The notes under the pieces were generated by a model, which saw nothing but the letters and a program-made list of their open reading frames with translations, made no database searches and had not been told where the DNA came from. 64,000 nt of DNA, taken from contig NC_043001.1 in NCBI RefSeq assembly GCF_006345805.1, forward strand, positions 310,001 to 374,000, given 5' to 3'. Both the position numbers and the translations under genes were made by a program. This document shows, piece after piece, positions 1 to 12,967 of this stretch; within the stretch, counting starts at the first letter, position 1, and the number at the start of each line of letters is the position of its first letter. The stretch comes from Octopus sinensis (taxonomy: Eukaryota).

Positions 1-289
1 GAATTTACAATTAGACTGAGCAGAATCAATGTAGAAAATTTTTTCTGTATAACCTGCTTTGATTAAGGCAGAGTTATAGAATTCAGCGTTATTATTGAAA
101 ATATCAACATTAGCAGATAATTTAGATAATCTAAATGAAATATTCTTAACTAAATTCTTAGTAATTGCTCCAGGATGATTACTAAATTTGCTAATGTACT
201 TAAGATTGGTCAACGGTTTATGATATGGGAAGTAAGAGTCACTGTGTAAATTAAGCGTAATATCTAAAAAGTTGGCCTTCGTCAGATCG

Positions 290-512
<223 letters not shown>

Positions 513-515
513 CCC

Positions 516-1025
516 CATCATCATTGTTTAACATCCGCTTTCCATGTTAGCATGGATTGGACGATTTTGACTGAGGGCTGGCGAACCAAATGGCTGCACC
601 AGGCTCCAATCTTGATTTGGCAGAGTTTCTACAGCTGGATGCCCTTCCTAACATCAACCACTCCGAGAGTATAGAGGATGATTGTTATGTGCCACCGGCA
701 TGATGGCCAGTCAGGTGGTACTGCCAACGACCTCGCTTGAATCTTTTTACACATGCCACCAGCACAGGTACCAGTAAGGCGACGTTGGTAATGATCACAC
801 TCGAATGGTGCCATTTTACGTGCCGCTGGCATGGAAGCCAGTTGGCTGCTCTGGCAACGATCATGCTTGAATGGTGCCTTTTAAGTTCTGCTGGCACGGA
901 AGCCAGTTAGCTGCTCTGTCAATGATCATGTTTGTATGGTGCTCTTTGCACCCTGCTAGTATGGACGCCAGTCATCGAATTTGATTTTGATTGATTTCAC
1001 TTGCCTCAACAGGTCTCCGTAAGCA
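516..1025 (-). mobile_element. RTE 3'-UTR-derived non-autonomous repeat (reverse orientation)
   Basis: Starts CATCATCATTGTTTAACATCCGCTTTCCATG, the reverse complement of the RTE 3' end at 4832-4866. It shares the GTGCCGGTGGCACRTAAAAAGCACC-type repeats with 4490-4720. Confidence 0.88.
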
Positions 1026-1056
1026 TACACACACACACACATATATATATATATAT

Positions 1057-1102
<46 letters not shown>

Positions 1103-1129
1103 GTCTGCCAAATACAAGCTTTCTTTTTA

Positions 1130-4100
1130 GGTACACGACACTGCTGTACTTCATCACAGGGTCTCACAGGTCCACACCTCCCACACCCACAGAGTTGGCA
1201 CACTGAAAGGTACGTCTGGTGAGATTGTTGAGATGCCTGAATGGGGACATGTAGATCTGTGCTGCATCCAAGAAGTAAGGTGGAGAGGAGGTTCTGCTAG
1301 GTTCCTCACAGGCAAAGAACACAGGTACAAGATTTTCTGGGCAGGGAACGCTGATGGGGTCAGGGGCGTGGGTTTACTTCTTGTGGAGAAATGGGTTGAT
1401 AAGGTAATTGAGGTAGTCAGAGTATGTGACAGAGTACTTAAGATTAGATTAGTGCTTCACCATAGGTTAGCTACCATTATCTCGGCCTATGCCCTTCAAC
1501 CGGGGCTACCGGATGGACAGAAAGACCGATTTTATGACACCCTCTTTCAGATTACCTCATTTATGAATGACAGGGACCTTCTCTTTGTGGCTGGTGATTT
1601 CAATGGACATGTTGGACAACATGCAGGGGGCTTCCATGGCATACATGGAGGCTATGGTTTTGGTTCCCGGCAATGAGAAGGGAATCAGACTACTGGAGTT
1701 CTGCGATGCAAATGATCCTATGGTTTGCAATACCAAATTCAGGAAACCCACCTGTCACCTAGTCATGTACTGTTCTGGCAGACACACTAGCTAAATTGGC
1801 TACATCCTCACCAAAAAAAGAGAAAGAAGGCTGCTTATAAATACCAAAACTTTGCCAGGCGAAGAATGTACCCCTCAACATAGATTAGTAGTTAGTGACT
1901 TCAGGATCAGGGCTAAATGGATGGCTAGAAGAAGACCAGCTTAAAGGAGTAGGGTCTGGAAGCTTAAAGATCCTGAAAATGGACAGAGATTTAGAGACAT
2001 ATTACTCAAAGCTTTTGACAAAATAGAAGGGGATTTAGCATGACATAATGTGTTAGACAACTGGAGGTTTCTACAGGACAGCCTGCTGAGAGCCACTGAC
2101 GAGACCTGTGGATGGTGCAAAGTCCCCTTTCATCCCAAGGTAACGTGGTGGTGGAACAAAGTTGTTGATAGGGCTATTAGACAAAAGAAACAGGCTTGGA
2201 AGGACTGAAGGAACAGAGGTAGCAGGGAATTGTATCAGACTGCCAGAAGGGAAGCTAGGAGACAGGTTTATTTAGCCAGAGGGGAAGCAGATAACAAAAA
2301 ATTTGCCAATGTAATGCGCTGTGAGGACCAAAGACTTGAAGTCTTTCACATTGCAAGACAGTATGTGAGAGCGAATTGTGCCGTAGGGGAGAAATGTGTC
2401 CACATGGATGATGGTTCACTTGCATTAAATGAGGCTGCAAAGAGAGAGGTTTGGAGATGCCACAATGAAAGGTTGAATAAAGAGAATGAATGGGAGAAAG
2501 AAAGTCTACCAAATGCTGACCCAACAGAGGGACCAGCTATCTAAATTGAGAGTACCTTGGTAGTTAAAGCAATCAAGAGTATGATGACAGGGAAAGCTTC
2601 TGGCCCATCAGGAATTACTGTAGCAAAGCTCAAAATATCAGGTGGTGTCGGCTATAGACTCGTCACACGTATAGTTAACCAGGTGAAACATGAAAGAGTC
2701 ATATACAATGACTGGTGTAGCAGCACCATAGTCAACTGCTAGAAAAGTAAAAGTGATGCTTCAGATACAAATAATTACAGAGGTATCAAGTTGTTGGATC
2801 AGGTAATGAAGATCACAGAGAGGGTCATAACCCAACCAATTAGGGTGAGAGCCAGTTTAGATGAGATGCAGTTTGGGTTCGCACCAGGGAAAAGTACCAC
2901 TGATGCTATATTTCTGGTAAGACAGCTGCAGGAGTAATACCTAGCCAAACATAAACCCCTGTACCTGGCTTTTGTTGACATGAGGAAAGCCTTTGACAGG
3001 GTCATCTGATCCCTTATCTGGTGGTCAATGAGGAAGCTAGGGATAGATGAATGGTTAGTGAGAGCTGTGCAAGCCATGTACAGGGACGCTGCTAGTAAGG
3101 TGAGGGTTGGCAACGAGTACAGTGAAGAATTCCAGGTAGAGGTAGGGGTCCACCAAGGTTCAGTCCTCAGCCCCCTCCTATTTATCATAGTCCTTCAAGC
3201 AATAACGGAGGAATTCAAGACAGGATGCCACTGGGAGCTCCTCTGTGCTGACAACTTTGCTCTAATTGCTGAGTCACTATCAGAATGCAAGAAGTTTCAG
3301 GTGTGGAAACAATGATTGGAATCGATGGGCCTTAGAGTCAACCTGGTTAAAAATCAAAGTCCTAATAAGTAGGAAAGCAGGCAAACCACAGGTCCTTTCA
3401 TGTATATGGCCCTGCTTGATCTGTAGAAAAGGTGTAGGTAGAAACTCTATAAGATATACCCAGTGTGAGCTATGGACATATAAGAGGTGCAGCAATATCA
3501 AAGGAAGGCTAACTGGGAAGATAGTTTTTTTATGTAGCAGATGCTCAGGAGAAATAAACACTGAAAATGTGCAGAGAACAACTTCTTCCACATTCCAGGG
3601 AGAAAAACTAAAAGTAGTTGATATCTTCCATTACCTAGGTGACCAAATCAGTAGCAGGGGAGGGTGCACTGAAAGTGTAGCTGCTAGAATAAGAATAACC
3701 TGGGCAAAGTTCAGAGAGCTCTTACCTCTGCTGGTGATAAGGGCCTCTCACTCAGAGTAAAAGGCAGACTGTATGACGCATGTGTATGAACAGCCATGCT
3801 ACATGGTAGTGAAACATGGGCTGTGACTGCTGAGGATATGCGTAAGCTTGCAAGAAATGAAGCCAGTATGCTCTGCTGGATGTGTAATGTCAGTGTACAT
3901 ACTCGACAGAGTGTAAGTACCTTGAAATAAAAGTTGGACCTAAGAAGCATCAGTTGTGGTGTGCAAGAGAGACAATTGTGCTGGTATAGACATGTGGCAA
4001 GAATGGATGAGGCTAGCTGTGTGAAAACTTCCACACCCTAGTGGTTGATGGAACCAGAGGAAGAGGTAGACCCAATAAAACCTGGGATGAAGTGGTGAAG

Positions 4101-4861
4101 CACAACCTTCAAACATTAGGCCTCACCGAGGCAATGACTAGTGACTAAGACCTTTGGAAATATGCTGTGCATGAGAAGACACGGCACATGTGTGACCATA
4201 ACCTGTGGCCTTACCAGAGATGTAGCAAGCCAACTTATGCACACCTTTCCTTATTTGGACACAAAACTCTGCTTGCAAAGACATGTTGAGGCAAGTGAAA
4301 TCAAAATAGAACCAAATTCGACGACTGGCACCCATGCCAACCTTCCTTCATTGGACACTAGACTCTGCTTGCGAAGACCTGTTCGGGCAAGTGAAATCGA
4401 AATTGAACCAAATTCGATGACTGGCACCTGTGCCTGTGGAGTACTAAGAGATTCTTCCAAGCAGCATCACTACCAGAGCAGCTGTCTTGCTTCTGTGCCG
4501 GTGGCACATAAAAAGCTCCATTTGAGCGTGATCGTTACCAGTGTCGTCTTACTGACACTTGTACCGGTGGCATGTGAACAAAACATTTGAGCGAGGTTGT
4601 TGCCAGTTCCGCTGTACTAACTCCTGTGTAGGTAGCATGTAAAAAAACACCATTTGAACATGGCTGTTGCTAGTACCGCCTGACTGGCCCTCGTACCAGT
4701 GGCACATAAAAGCACCCACTAAACTCTTGGAGTGGTTGGCATTAAGAAGGGCATCCAGCGGTAGAAACACTACCAGATCAAGATGCAGCCATCTATTTTG
4801 CCGGACCTCAGTCAAATTGTCAACCCAAGCTAGCATGGAAAGCGGATGTTAAACGATGATG

Positions 4862-4866
<5 letters not shown>
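1130..4866 (+). mobile_element. Near full-length but inactivated RTE-clade LINE (APE endonuclease, RT, PHD-like finger, 3' UTR, (GAT)n tail)
   Basis: APE motifs VDLCCIQEVRW, GVG, ISAYA and GDFNGHVG (1233-1676). RT motifs KASGPSGI, QFGFAPGKSTTDAIF, FVDMRKAFDRV, GVHQGSVLSPLLF and LCADN (degenerate YADD, 3241-3255). C-terminal FHYLG, ARIRITWAKFREL. Multiple stops and frameshifts. Ends TTAAACGATGATGATGATG. Confidence 0.95.
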
Positions 4867-4909
<43 letters not shown>

Positions 4910-4914
<5 letters not shown>

Positions 4915-5222
4915 TCTATGTTTGGAATGACCAATTTTAAATACTATTGGAACTTACACACAAGGTACAGGAAACTTATATGTATACCGTTCTGCTTAAA
5001 TAATGGAACTGCAGATGCAATATCCCTGCATATCTCACATCTGTTTTCATTCCTCCACTTCACTCTCTATGTCATATTTTCTCTAGAATAACTATTGCAT
5101 AACCATTTTCTCACATCGTCTCTGATAAAGGGATATACAAAATATCCTGTAAACAGGTGTAAGACCTTCTCTTTATAAATGTTCTGAAATCTTTCACAGC
5201 CTTGGATTTTTATTTCATTCTC

Positions 5223-5228
<6 letters not shown>
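4910..5228 (+). mobile_element. Putative Penelope-like terminal-repeat fragment with degenerate hammerhead motif
   Basis: Flanked by (TA)n on both sides and contains a hammerhead-like fold at 5118-5165. The PLE assignment is inferred from that motif. Confidence 0.5.
5118..5165 (+). ncRNA. Degenerate type-I hammerhead ribozyme-like motif
   Basis: GTCT-CTGATAA-AGGGATA(tacaaaa)TATCCT-GTAA-ACA(gg)TGT-A-AGAC. Stems I, II and III and a GUA triplet are present; the core deviates at G8 (A) and has an extra T in GAAA. Confidence 0.55.
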
Positions 5229-5311
<83 letters not shown>

Positions 5312-6688
5312 ATACACACATTCCTTAGTGTCTGAGTATCTCTGTGTGTCTAAGTTTGAATATACTGGAGTAAAAAGTTATGTCAAGCTCTGTCCATTTA
5401 TGTGAAAGATCATTTAAATATATTTCAGATGAATATATGTACTGTGACTTATATGTTCAACTAAACTCCCTCAAATGCAGTGCCCTGTCATGACCACTGT
5501 TGCAGTCTAGTCTTGACCAACAACTAAAACCAGCCAGAAGAGCATAGCGTAAAACTGAAGACAGTAAGAAGACCATAATATTTTCACTGCAATATCATAA
5601 AATGTAATAGCTATCTTATCTGCTAATAATTACCACATAATTTTTATATTGTTGCAATCATGTTTTATCGCTGCTAGCAAAATTACCATAATGATCTATA
5701 ATAATAAAAGAAAATATCTTGTAATTATCTTCACCTCATTTTTAAAATCATGTTAAGAAGTTATTTTATAGGTCTGTGTCATTATATTATTTAGTAGTCA
5801 TTATATCTACAGACAGACTTCTTTCTCTCCCCTTCTTATACTCTCTTGTTTTCATTTCTAATAAAAGAACATTACCTGTGATCTGGGAAGTGAAGGTGGT
5901 TGCGGATATTGGTAATGTTTCTTTGCTTATTATTTTCTTTTTCTTTATAGTCATCTAAGAATCCATAAGTCACAAAAAAATAGGCATTCGCATATTTTTC
6001 AATAGAGTAGGTATATTAATGGATCTATAATACTGTATTGATTAATATGTGTATGGGGAGAGAGAAAGACATATATGTATATATACATGTGTGTGTGTAT
6101 GCATATGTACACACACAAACTCATACAGAGTATATCTGAATAGTTAAAAAGTTCACTCTACAATCACAAAATCCTGAATTCAATCCCACTCTGTGTTATC
6201 TCGAGCAAATGTCATCAAGCTGACGCATAGAAAACCCTGCTCCATCATAGTCTAGTTATAACCATGTAAATTCTTGATTATAATGAAACTATAATTATGT
6301 AAGTGTGCATCAAATGAGATGTATGAGAGATGTATATGTTTATTTGTATTTTTTATATTATCCATTTAAGAGCAAATAACACTCACACTTGTGTTATTAT
6401 TGTTCATTCAACAAGGACTGTATTCTGTTTTTGAAACAGTGAGATTTCTAAAGAGAATACTTTTGAAGTATCAATTTCTATACAAGAAATATTAATGTCT
6501 TACAAGACCAGCACTTATGTTAGGAGATAGGTTATAACTGATTAGATCAACCATAATACATTTGTGGAATGTACTTAAATTTGCAGAATTGTTAGAACAC
6601 TAAACAGAATGCCATGTGGTATTTAGTTATGTTTATATTTTGAGATTAAATCCTTCCAAATCCACTGTGCCAATCATCCTTCAGGAGC

Positions 6689-8095
6689 CATCATCATCAT
6701 CGTCATTTAACATCCGCTTTCCATGCTGGCATGGGTTGGATGGTTTGACTGAGGGCTGGCAAACAAGAAAGCTGCACCAGGCTCCAATCTGATCTGACAA
6801 AGTTTCTACTGCTGGATGTCCTTCCTAATGCCAACCACTCCGAGAGTGTAGTGGGTGTTTTTTACTTGCCACCAGCACAAGAGCAAGTCAGGTAGTACCT
6901 ATTTCTTTATTACCCAGAAGGGGCTAAACACAGAGGGGACAAACAAGGACAGACATAGGTATTAAGTCGATTACATCGACCCCAGTGCGTAACTGGTACT
7001 TAATTTATCGACCCCGAAAGGATGAAAGGCAAAGTCGACCTCGGCGGAAATTGAACTCACAACGTAACACAGACGAAATACCGCTAAGCATTTCCCCGGC
7101 GTGCTAACATTTCTGCCACCTCGCCAACATCGACTATGCTTGAATGGTGCTTTTTACATGCTACTGGCACAGGAGACAGTCAGGTGACACTGGCAATGAC
7201 TATGTTCGAATGGTACGTTTTATGTGCCACTGGCACAGGAACAGTCAGCTGGCACTGGCATTGACCACGCTCAAATGGTGCCTTTTACATGCCACCAGCA
7301 CAGAACCAGTCAGGCATAATGTCATTGGCCATGGCAATGACTTCACTTTCTTCAACAGGTCTTTGGAAGCACAGTTCATTGCTCAACGATTGAAGGGTGC
7401 TCTTAAAGGGCTGGTTATGCTGCACTGGCATAGGCCACAGTTATGGTCCACTTGGCTTGCCTGATCTTCTCAATCACAGTATATCTCCGTCGCTTGTCAT
7501 TGCCCCTGTGAGGCCCAGCATTTGAAAGTCATGCTTCACTACCTCATCTTATGTTTTCCTGGGTCTACCTCTTCCACAGGTCCCTTCCACTGTTAGGGTG
7601 TGACACTTCTTCACACAGCTGTCCTCATCCATATGCAACACATGACCATATCATGCACTTGTCTCTCTTGAACATCACATCTGATGCTTCTTGTGTCCAA
7701 CTTTTCTCTCAGGGTGCTTACACTCTGTCGTGTATGCACACTAACATTACACATTCAGCAGATCATACTACCTTCATTCCTTGCAAGCTTACACATGTCC
7801 TCGGTGGTCATGGCCCATGTTTCACTGCCATGTAGCATGGCTCTTCACACACATGCATCATACAGTCTACCTTTCACTCTGAGCGAGAGGCCCTTTGTCA
7901 CCAGCAGAGGTAAGAGCTCTCTGAACTTTGCCCAGGCTATTCTTATTCTAGCAGCTACACTCTCAGAGCATCCATCCCTGCTACTGACTTGGTCACCTAG
8001 GTAGCAGAAGTTATCAACTACTTCTAGTTTTCCCCTCTGGCATGTGACAGAAGCTGTTTTCTGCACATTTTCAGTGTTTATTGCCCCTGAGCATT
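6689..8095 (-). mobile_element. 5'-truncated RTE LINE (C-terminal ORF part plus 3' UTR), interrupted by a SINE
   Basis: ORF 7845-8066 (KLEVVDNFCYLGDQVSSRDGCSESVAARIRIAWAKFRELLPLL) is homologous to 3570-3790. A (CAT)n tail is at 6689. Confidence 0.93.
6901..7125 (-). mobile_element. tRNA-derived SINE nested in the RTE 3' UTR (MetaSINE-like core)
   Basis: The - strand reads GGCGAGGTGGCAGAAATGTTAGC (A-box-like) ... GAGTTCAATTTCC (B-box-like) ... GCCTTTCATCCTTTCGGGGTCGATAAATTAAGTACCAG. RTE sequence resumes on both sides. The MetaSINE resemblance is from memory. Confidence 0.8.
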
Positions 8096-8854
8096 TGTTA
8101 AGGTTGACTTAAGAAACCTCTTCCCTCATAGACAAAAAGGTTTATGGCCTTGTACCTATGTAAAAAATTGCTTTCCATTTTCACAACTCTATAGAGGAAG
8201 TTCACATCAGTAAAGGGCTAAATCAGAGAAAAAAATGAGTTTCTGTAAAACATTCAGTGAAACTTTGCCAGATAATGCTTAAGTTGTAAACAGCATATCA
8301 CTAAGTAGAGGAAGAGAATTTGGATCTCATTTGTAGTGTCTATTTTTTGTGTGCCTTTAGATCATGCTTTTGGTTTGAGAATAAGTTATGAGTTGTAATT
8401 TTTTCTTCTCTTTCCCAAATCAGTCTTGAAAATCCTGTACTAAAAGCATAGAGACTGACCCACCTCTTCTGAGTATGCAATTAAAAAAAAGAAACACAAG
8501 TGTCTTTCACACAAATGTGTGTGTGTGAGCATTTAGTTGTTTGGTCAGTTCATGAAATTAAAACATAAGCATAAAATCATTCTGTAGTCATGTGTACCCC
8601 CTCATTATGATACACAAGTCAGATCAGTATGACAACGATGTGACAAGGCTTGACTTTTGAATTACAGGCACAATGTAGATAGAAAGATGATTTGAGCTGA
8701 TTTTACAACTGGCTTGGTATGTTATGTGTCTGCTCTGAAAAGGGGGAAAGGTAAAGTTTACTTCAGTTTCATTTGAATTAGGATTAGAGAGATTCAAAAT
8801 ATATACTGCACTGCATTTTATTCATATTCTAACAATTTTGTCAATTTACCAACT

Positions 8855-11800
8855 TATATAGAAATAAATGTGCATGAGATGGGAAATGACAACCAGAAAA
8901 AAAATGAGGCATACACAACAATAAGAATTCAAAAGAAGTCTGGCAAGAAACGAATGAACATTGACTTAAGGCTGAAGATTGACACTGGAGCCCAGAGTGA
9001 TAGCTTGCCTGTCAACCTTTACAAAAAGATGTTCCCAGAACACATGACACAAGAGGATAAAGTCAAAGAAGGAATCCTCACACCAAGTGATGTAATCCTC
9101 ACTGCGTACGGAGGTACCAGGATGCCACAACTGGGCAAAACAAAAATCACAGGGACACACAAAGGAAAAATAATCAAGTGTTCTTTTTATGCCACAGGAA
9201 CAGAAGGACCAGCAATTCTTGAACTCAATACCTGTTAAAAAGCTTAATATTGTGTCAATCAATGGTGAAGTGAAGGCAGCTCCAAGCAGGATTGACAGAG
9301 ATATGCCTATCAAAGACCGACCACCAATCACAAACAAAGAAGAACTGATAAGCATGTACCCTGAATGCTTTGACGATACAGTCGGGTGCTTTGTGAAATG
9401 TCGATACCATATAACAGTCGACCCCAATATCAAACCAATTGTTCACCTACCTCGCCGCGTCCCTCTAGAACTAAAAGAGAAGCTGAAGACAGAGTTGGAC
9501 AGAATGGAAAAAAAAAGAAATAATCACCAAAGTGACACGACCAACAGACTGGGTGAATTCAATTGTAATCAAGGAAAAACCCAATGGTACCCTACGGATA
9601 TACCTCGACCAAAGGGACCTGAACAAGGCATTAAAAAGAGAGTACCATCCAATTCCAACCCCTAAAGAAATCACACCATCATTGGCTGGATCCAAATTAT
9701 TCAGCAAACTGGATGCCAGTAATGGGTGCTTGAATGTAAAGATAGACAAAGAGTCATCCATGCTCACTACATTCAACACACCTTTTGGCAGATACCGATT
9801 CAACTGACTCTCATTTGGTTTGAAGGTGAGCCAAGATGTTTTCCAGTGCCAAATAGATGAGACCTACCAAAGCAGCAAGGGAGCAATTGGCATAGCAGAT
9901 GACATCCAAGTACATGGCAAGGATGAGACCACACATGACTTCAATTACATGAAGCCATGGAGAAAACCCGACAAGCAGGCATCAAACTCAATGCAGATAA
10001 GTGTGTGATAAAAGCAAAGGAGTGCAAATTCTTTGGAATTATATACTCTGCAGAGGGAGTTAAACTAAACCCCGCTAAAGTGAAGGCCATCAGAGACATC
10101 AAAGAACCCAAAGACAAGAAGGAACTCAGGAGCTTCCTGGGACTCATCCACTACATGGGAGCCTTCATACCCAAGCTGGCCAATCACACTGCAAATCTCC
10201 AAGAACTAAACAAAGATGACATAGAGTTTGATTGGTGTGCTTCACACACAGGATTTCAAAGCAATCAAAAAGCTCATCAGTAAGGAGACAACTCTGCAAT
10301 ACTATGACAGACGCAAACCAGTAACACTCCAAGTCGATGCTTCTATGAGAGGAGTTGGCGCAGCACTGATACAGGTAGGTAAACCCATTGCATATGCCTC
10401 GAAAGCTCTCTCACCCACAGAGACAAGGTACGCAAATATTGAAAGGGAACTCCTGGTAGTAGTATATGGATGTGAAAAGTTCCTTACATACCTGTATGGC
10501 AGACATTTCAATATATACCATTTCATAGGTACAAGCCAGGAAAAGACCTGATATTGGCAGATGCTCTTTTCAGACTATCCTCACATGATAAACAGGAGAT
10601 GGAATGACTAATCACAAAGGTCCACCACATGGTAAATGTAACAAACACAAAGCTAGCACAAATAAAAGAGGAGACCAGCAGAGAGGAAGAACTTCAGCTC
10701 CTTATTCAGATGGTGATTCAGGGGTGGCCAGAAAAGAGACATCAGGTGCAGCCCCTCATTTGTGAATATTGGGCCATCCATGATGATATATCAGTGGAGA
10801 ATGGAATCCTGATGACTGGATCCCGAATAAGTATACCCAAGTCAATGCAAAAAGAGATTCTTGACAAGATCCACCAAGAGCATCTAGGAATGGAAAAATG
10901 CAAGCTCCAAGCCAAGTTAGCTGTATATTGGGTAGGCATGTACAAAGACATAGAAAAGATAGTCTCTACAAGCCACATTTGTCAAAAGTACAGAAACTCA
11001 CAACAAAAGGAGGAAATGATACCCAGTGACATCCTAAGAAGGCCATGGCAAGCTATTGGAGTAGATCTGTTCTAGGAGAGCCAAGAATGGTATTTGATTA
11101 TGATCTGCTACTACTCCAAATTTCCATTTGTGAGAAAAGTGAAAGACCTGAGAGCCAAAACAATCACTATAGTGGCTCGAGGACTTCTAGCAGAACAAGC
11201 AATACCAGAGCAGATCATATGTGACAATAGAACCCAGTTCACATCGCAAGAATTCAAAAAGCTAGCCGATGAGTATGGGTTCAATATCACAACCTCATCT
11301 TCACACTACCCCAAAGGTCATGGGTTTATAGAAAGACAGGTGCAGACAGTGAAGAGAACACTAGTCAAATGCCGAGAGACTAAGGAAGACCCACACCTGG
11401 CACTTCTGTCCCTACGAGCGACACCACTGAGAGCTGATATGAAATCCCCAGCAGAATTGCTGAATGGCAGGAAGTACAAAACCACCCTGCCAACTAAGAT
11501 CCAACCTCCTATTGACCAGGAAGAGACAAGGGCAAAGCTAGCAGAACAATCACAGAAATATTACAACAAACATGCACAATACTTACCTGAGATACTTGGA
11601 GAACATGTACATACTCAAGATCCCATAACTAAAACATGGATCCCAGCACAGGTTGTCAGTAGAGCTGAAACTCCAAGATCGTATATTATAGAAACGGAAT
11701 CTGGTAGGCAGCTGAGACGCAACAGGGCCCACATCTGCCCAACATCAAAGCTGTCGAGGACAACGTGTACAACACCTGCTGCATCAGTGACAACACCCAC

Positions 11801-12115
11801 AGAATCATCACTCCAACGGGCACCAACCACCCATCAGCAGCCCAACAACACACCTCAGACACTGGTGCGAAGCACAAGATCCACCAGATGGAGAAAGAAC
11901 ATTCTGCCACCGGTTCGATACCGTTAAAGAAAAAAAAAAGAAAATGAAAAGATAAATAACTAATTCTGCTAAATTACAAAGCAGAGGCAGAATAATCTCA
12001 TGGTTTCTGCTGCAGGATTGCCACCTCGCATTGACAATCCATTAGAGTAAGGGAGACTACTTAAATTTGTCTTCATTGCCAAAAGATCCCTTTATTTTTT
12101 TTCAAGAAGAAGGGA
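8855..12115 (+). mobile_element. Ty3/Gypsy LTR retrotransposon pol relic (PR-RT-RNaseH-IN) with polypurine tract
   Basis: Protease LKIDTGAQ; RT PTDWVNSIVIKEKPNGTLRIYLD, LDASNG, IADDI; RNase H DASMRGVGAAL, YANIERELL; integrase HQEHLGMEKC, ICDNRTQFTS, GFIERQVQTVK. Domain order is Gypsy-type. Frameshifts, stops and a deletion of the TDHKPL region near 10510. PPT AAGAAGAAGGGA at 12104-12115 is followed by TGTTA. Confidence 0.95.
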
Positions 12116-12387
12116 TGTTACACATTCATATCTATGTGTATACGTAGGTATACGTGTGTAGAATACATCCCCACTTTTGGAACTATTTTGTTAGTAAACA
12201 GTACGAACTGTGTCGAAAGTATATATGTATTACTACGCTGAATGTCGGACAGTTCGTGTAACAAATAAAGTAAATAAACACTTAAAACAATAACAATGGC
12301 TTTATTTGAGTTGTCTATCACCCATCGAGAATGAACTACACATAACATATGTTTTGTATGTTACCGTCTTTCTCTCCGTCGCGTAAA

Positions 12388-12726
12388 TTAATTCACTGGG
12401 GGGGGGAGCAACTTCACATTATCACCTTTTTTTAATAAACTTTGATACTTCTTTAATTCTTTGTTAATAACTATATTATCACAGGGGCAAGTTGCTGCAC
12501 TCGCAAAATTTATTTTTGACTTTTCCTGTTGTGTAGTAGCCTCGCTAGACATCTTGTCGTCTGCTTTTGTAACGCGCGCGTGAGACGCCTCTTTACTTTT
12601 ACCTTCCTCCTCCCGCATTTTCGTCTCTTTACTTCTACCTTCCTCCTCCCACATTTTCGCCTTCATGCCTTCAAACAAATTTTCAAAGTTTTCCTCCGAC
12701 TCAGAAGAAATTGGTGGCAAATTCAT
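12388..12726 (-). other. Orphan 112-aa ORF (MNLPPISSESEENFENLF...), possibly the ORF1 N-terminus of a second LINE
   Basis: Open frame from ATG at 12726 with a 33-bp internal duplication (MWEEEGRSKET/MREEEGKSKEA). It begins about 160 nt after the (TC)n tract and ends at a G-run. No homology could be assigned by eye. Confidence 0.35.
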
Positions 12727-12882
12727 GTTTTTCGTCGCTTCCTCCTTGAAACAAGGGGGAAAGTACAGCAAAAGTCTGCTGCAACAGCAGAAAAGAAGTG
12801 GCCTCGACGACCAAAACAGCAAATTTTCACAATTTTCAGCACAAAAACAATCTTTCACTGCGGAGCAAAGAATAACACAACC

Positions 12883-12885
<3 letters not shown>

Positions 12886-12962
<77 letters not shown>
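12886..12962. repeat. (GA)n/(TC)n microsatellite, about 38 units
   Basis: Read directly from the sequence. Confidence 0.98.

Positions 12963-12967
<5 letters not shown>

Noticed and set aside
279-285. CTGACGA on the - strand as another hammerhead core
   Set aside because: No downstream GAAA, stem II or stem I partner could be formed.
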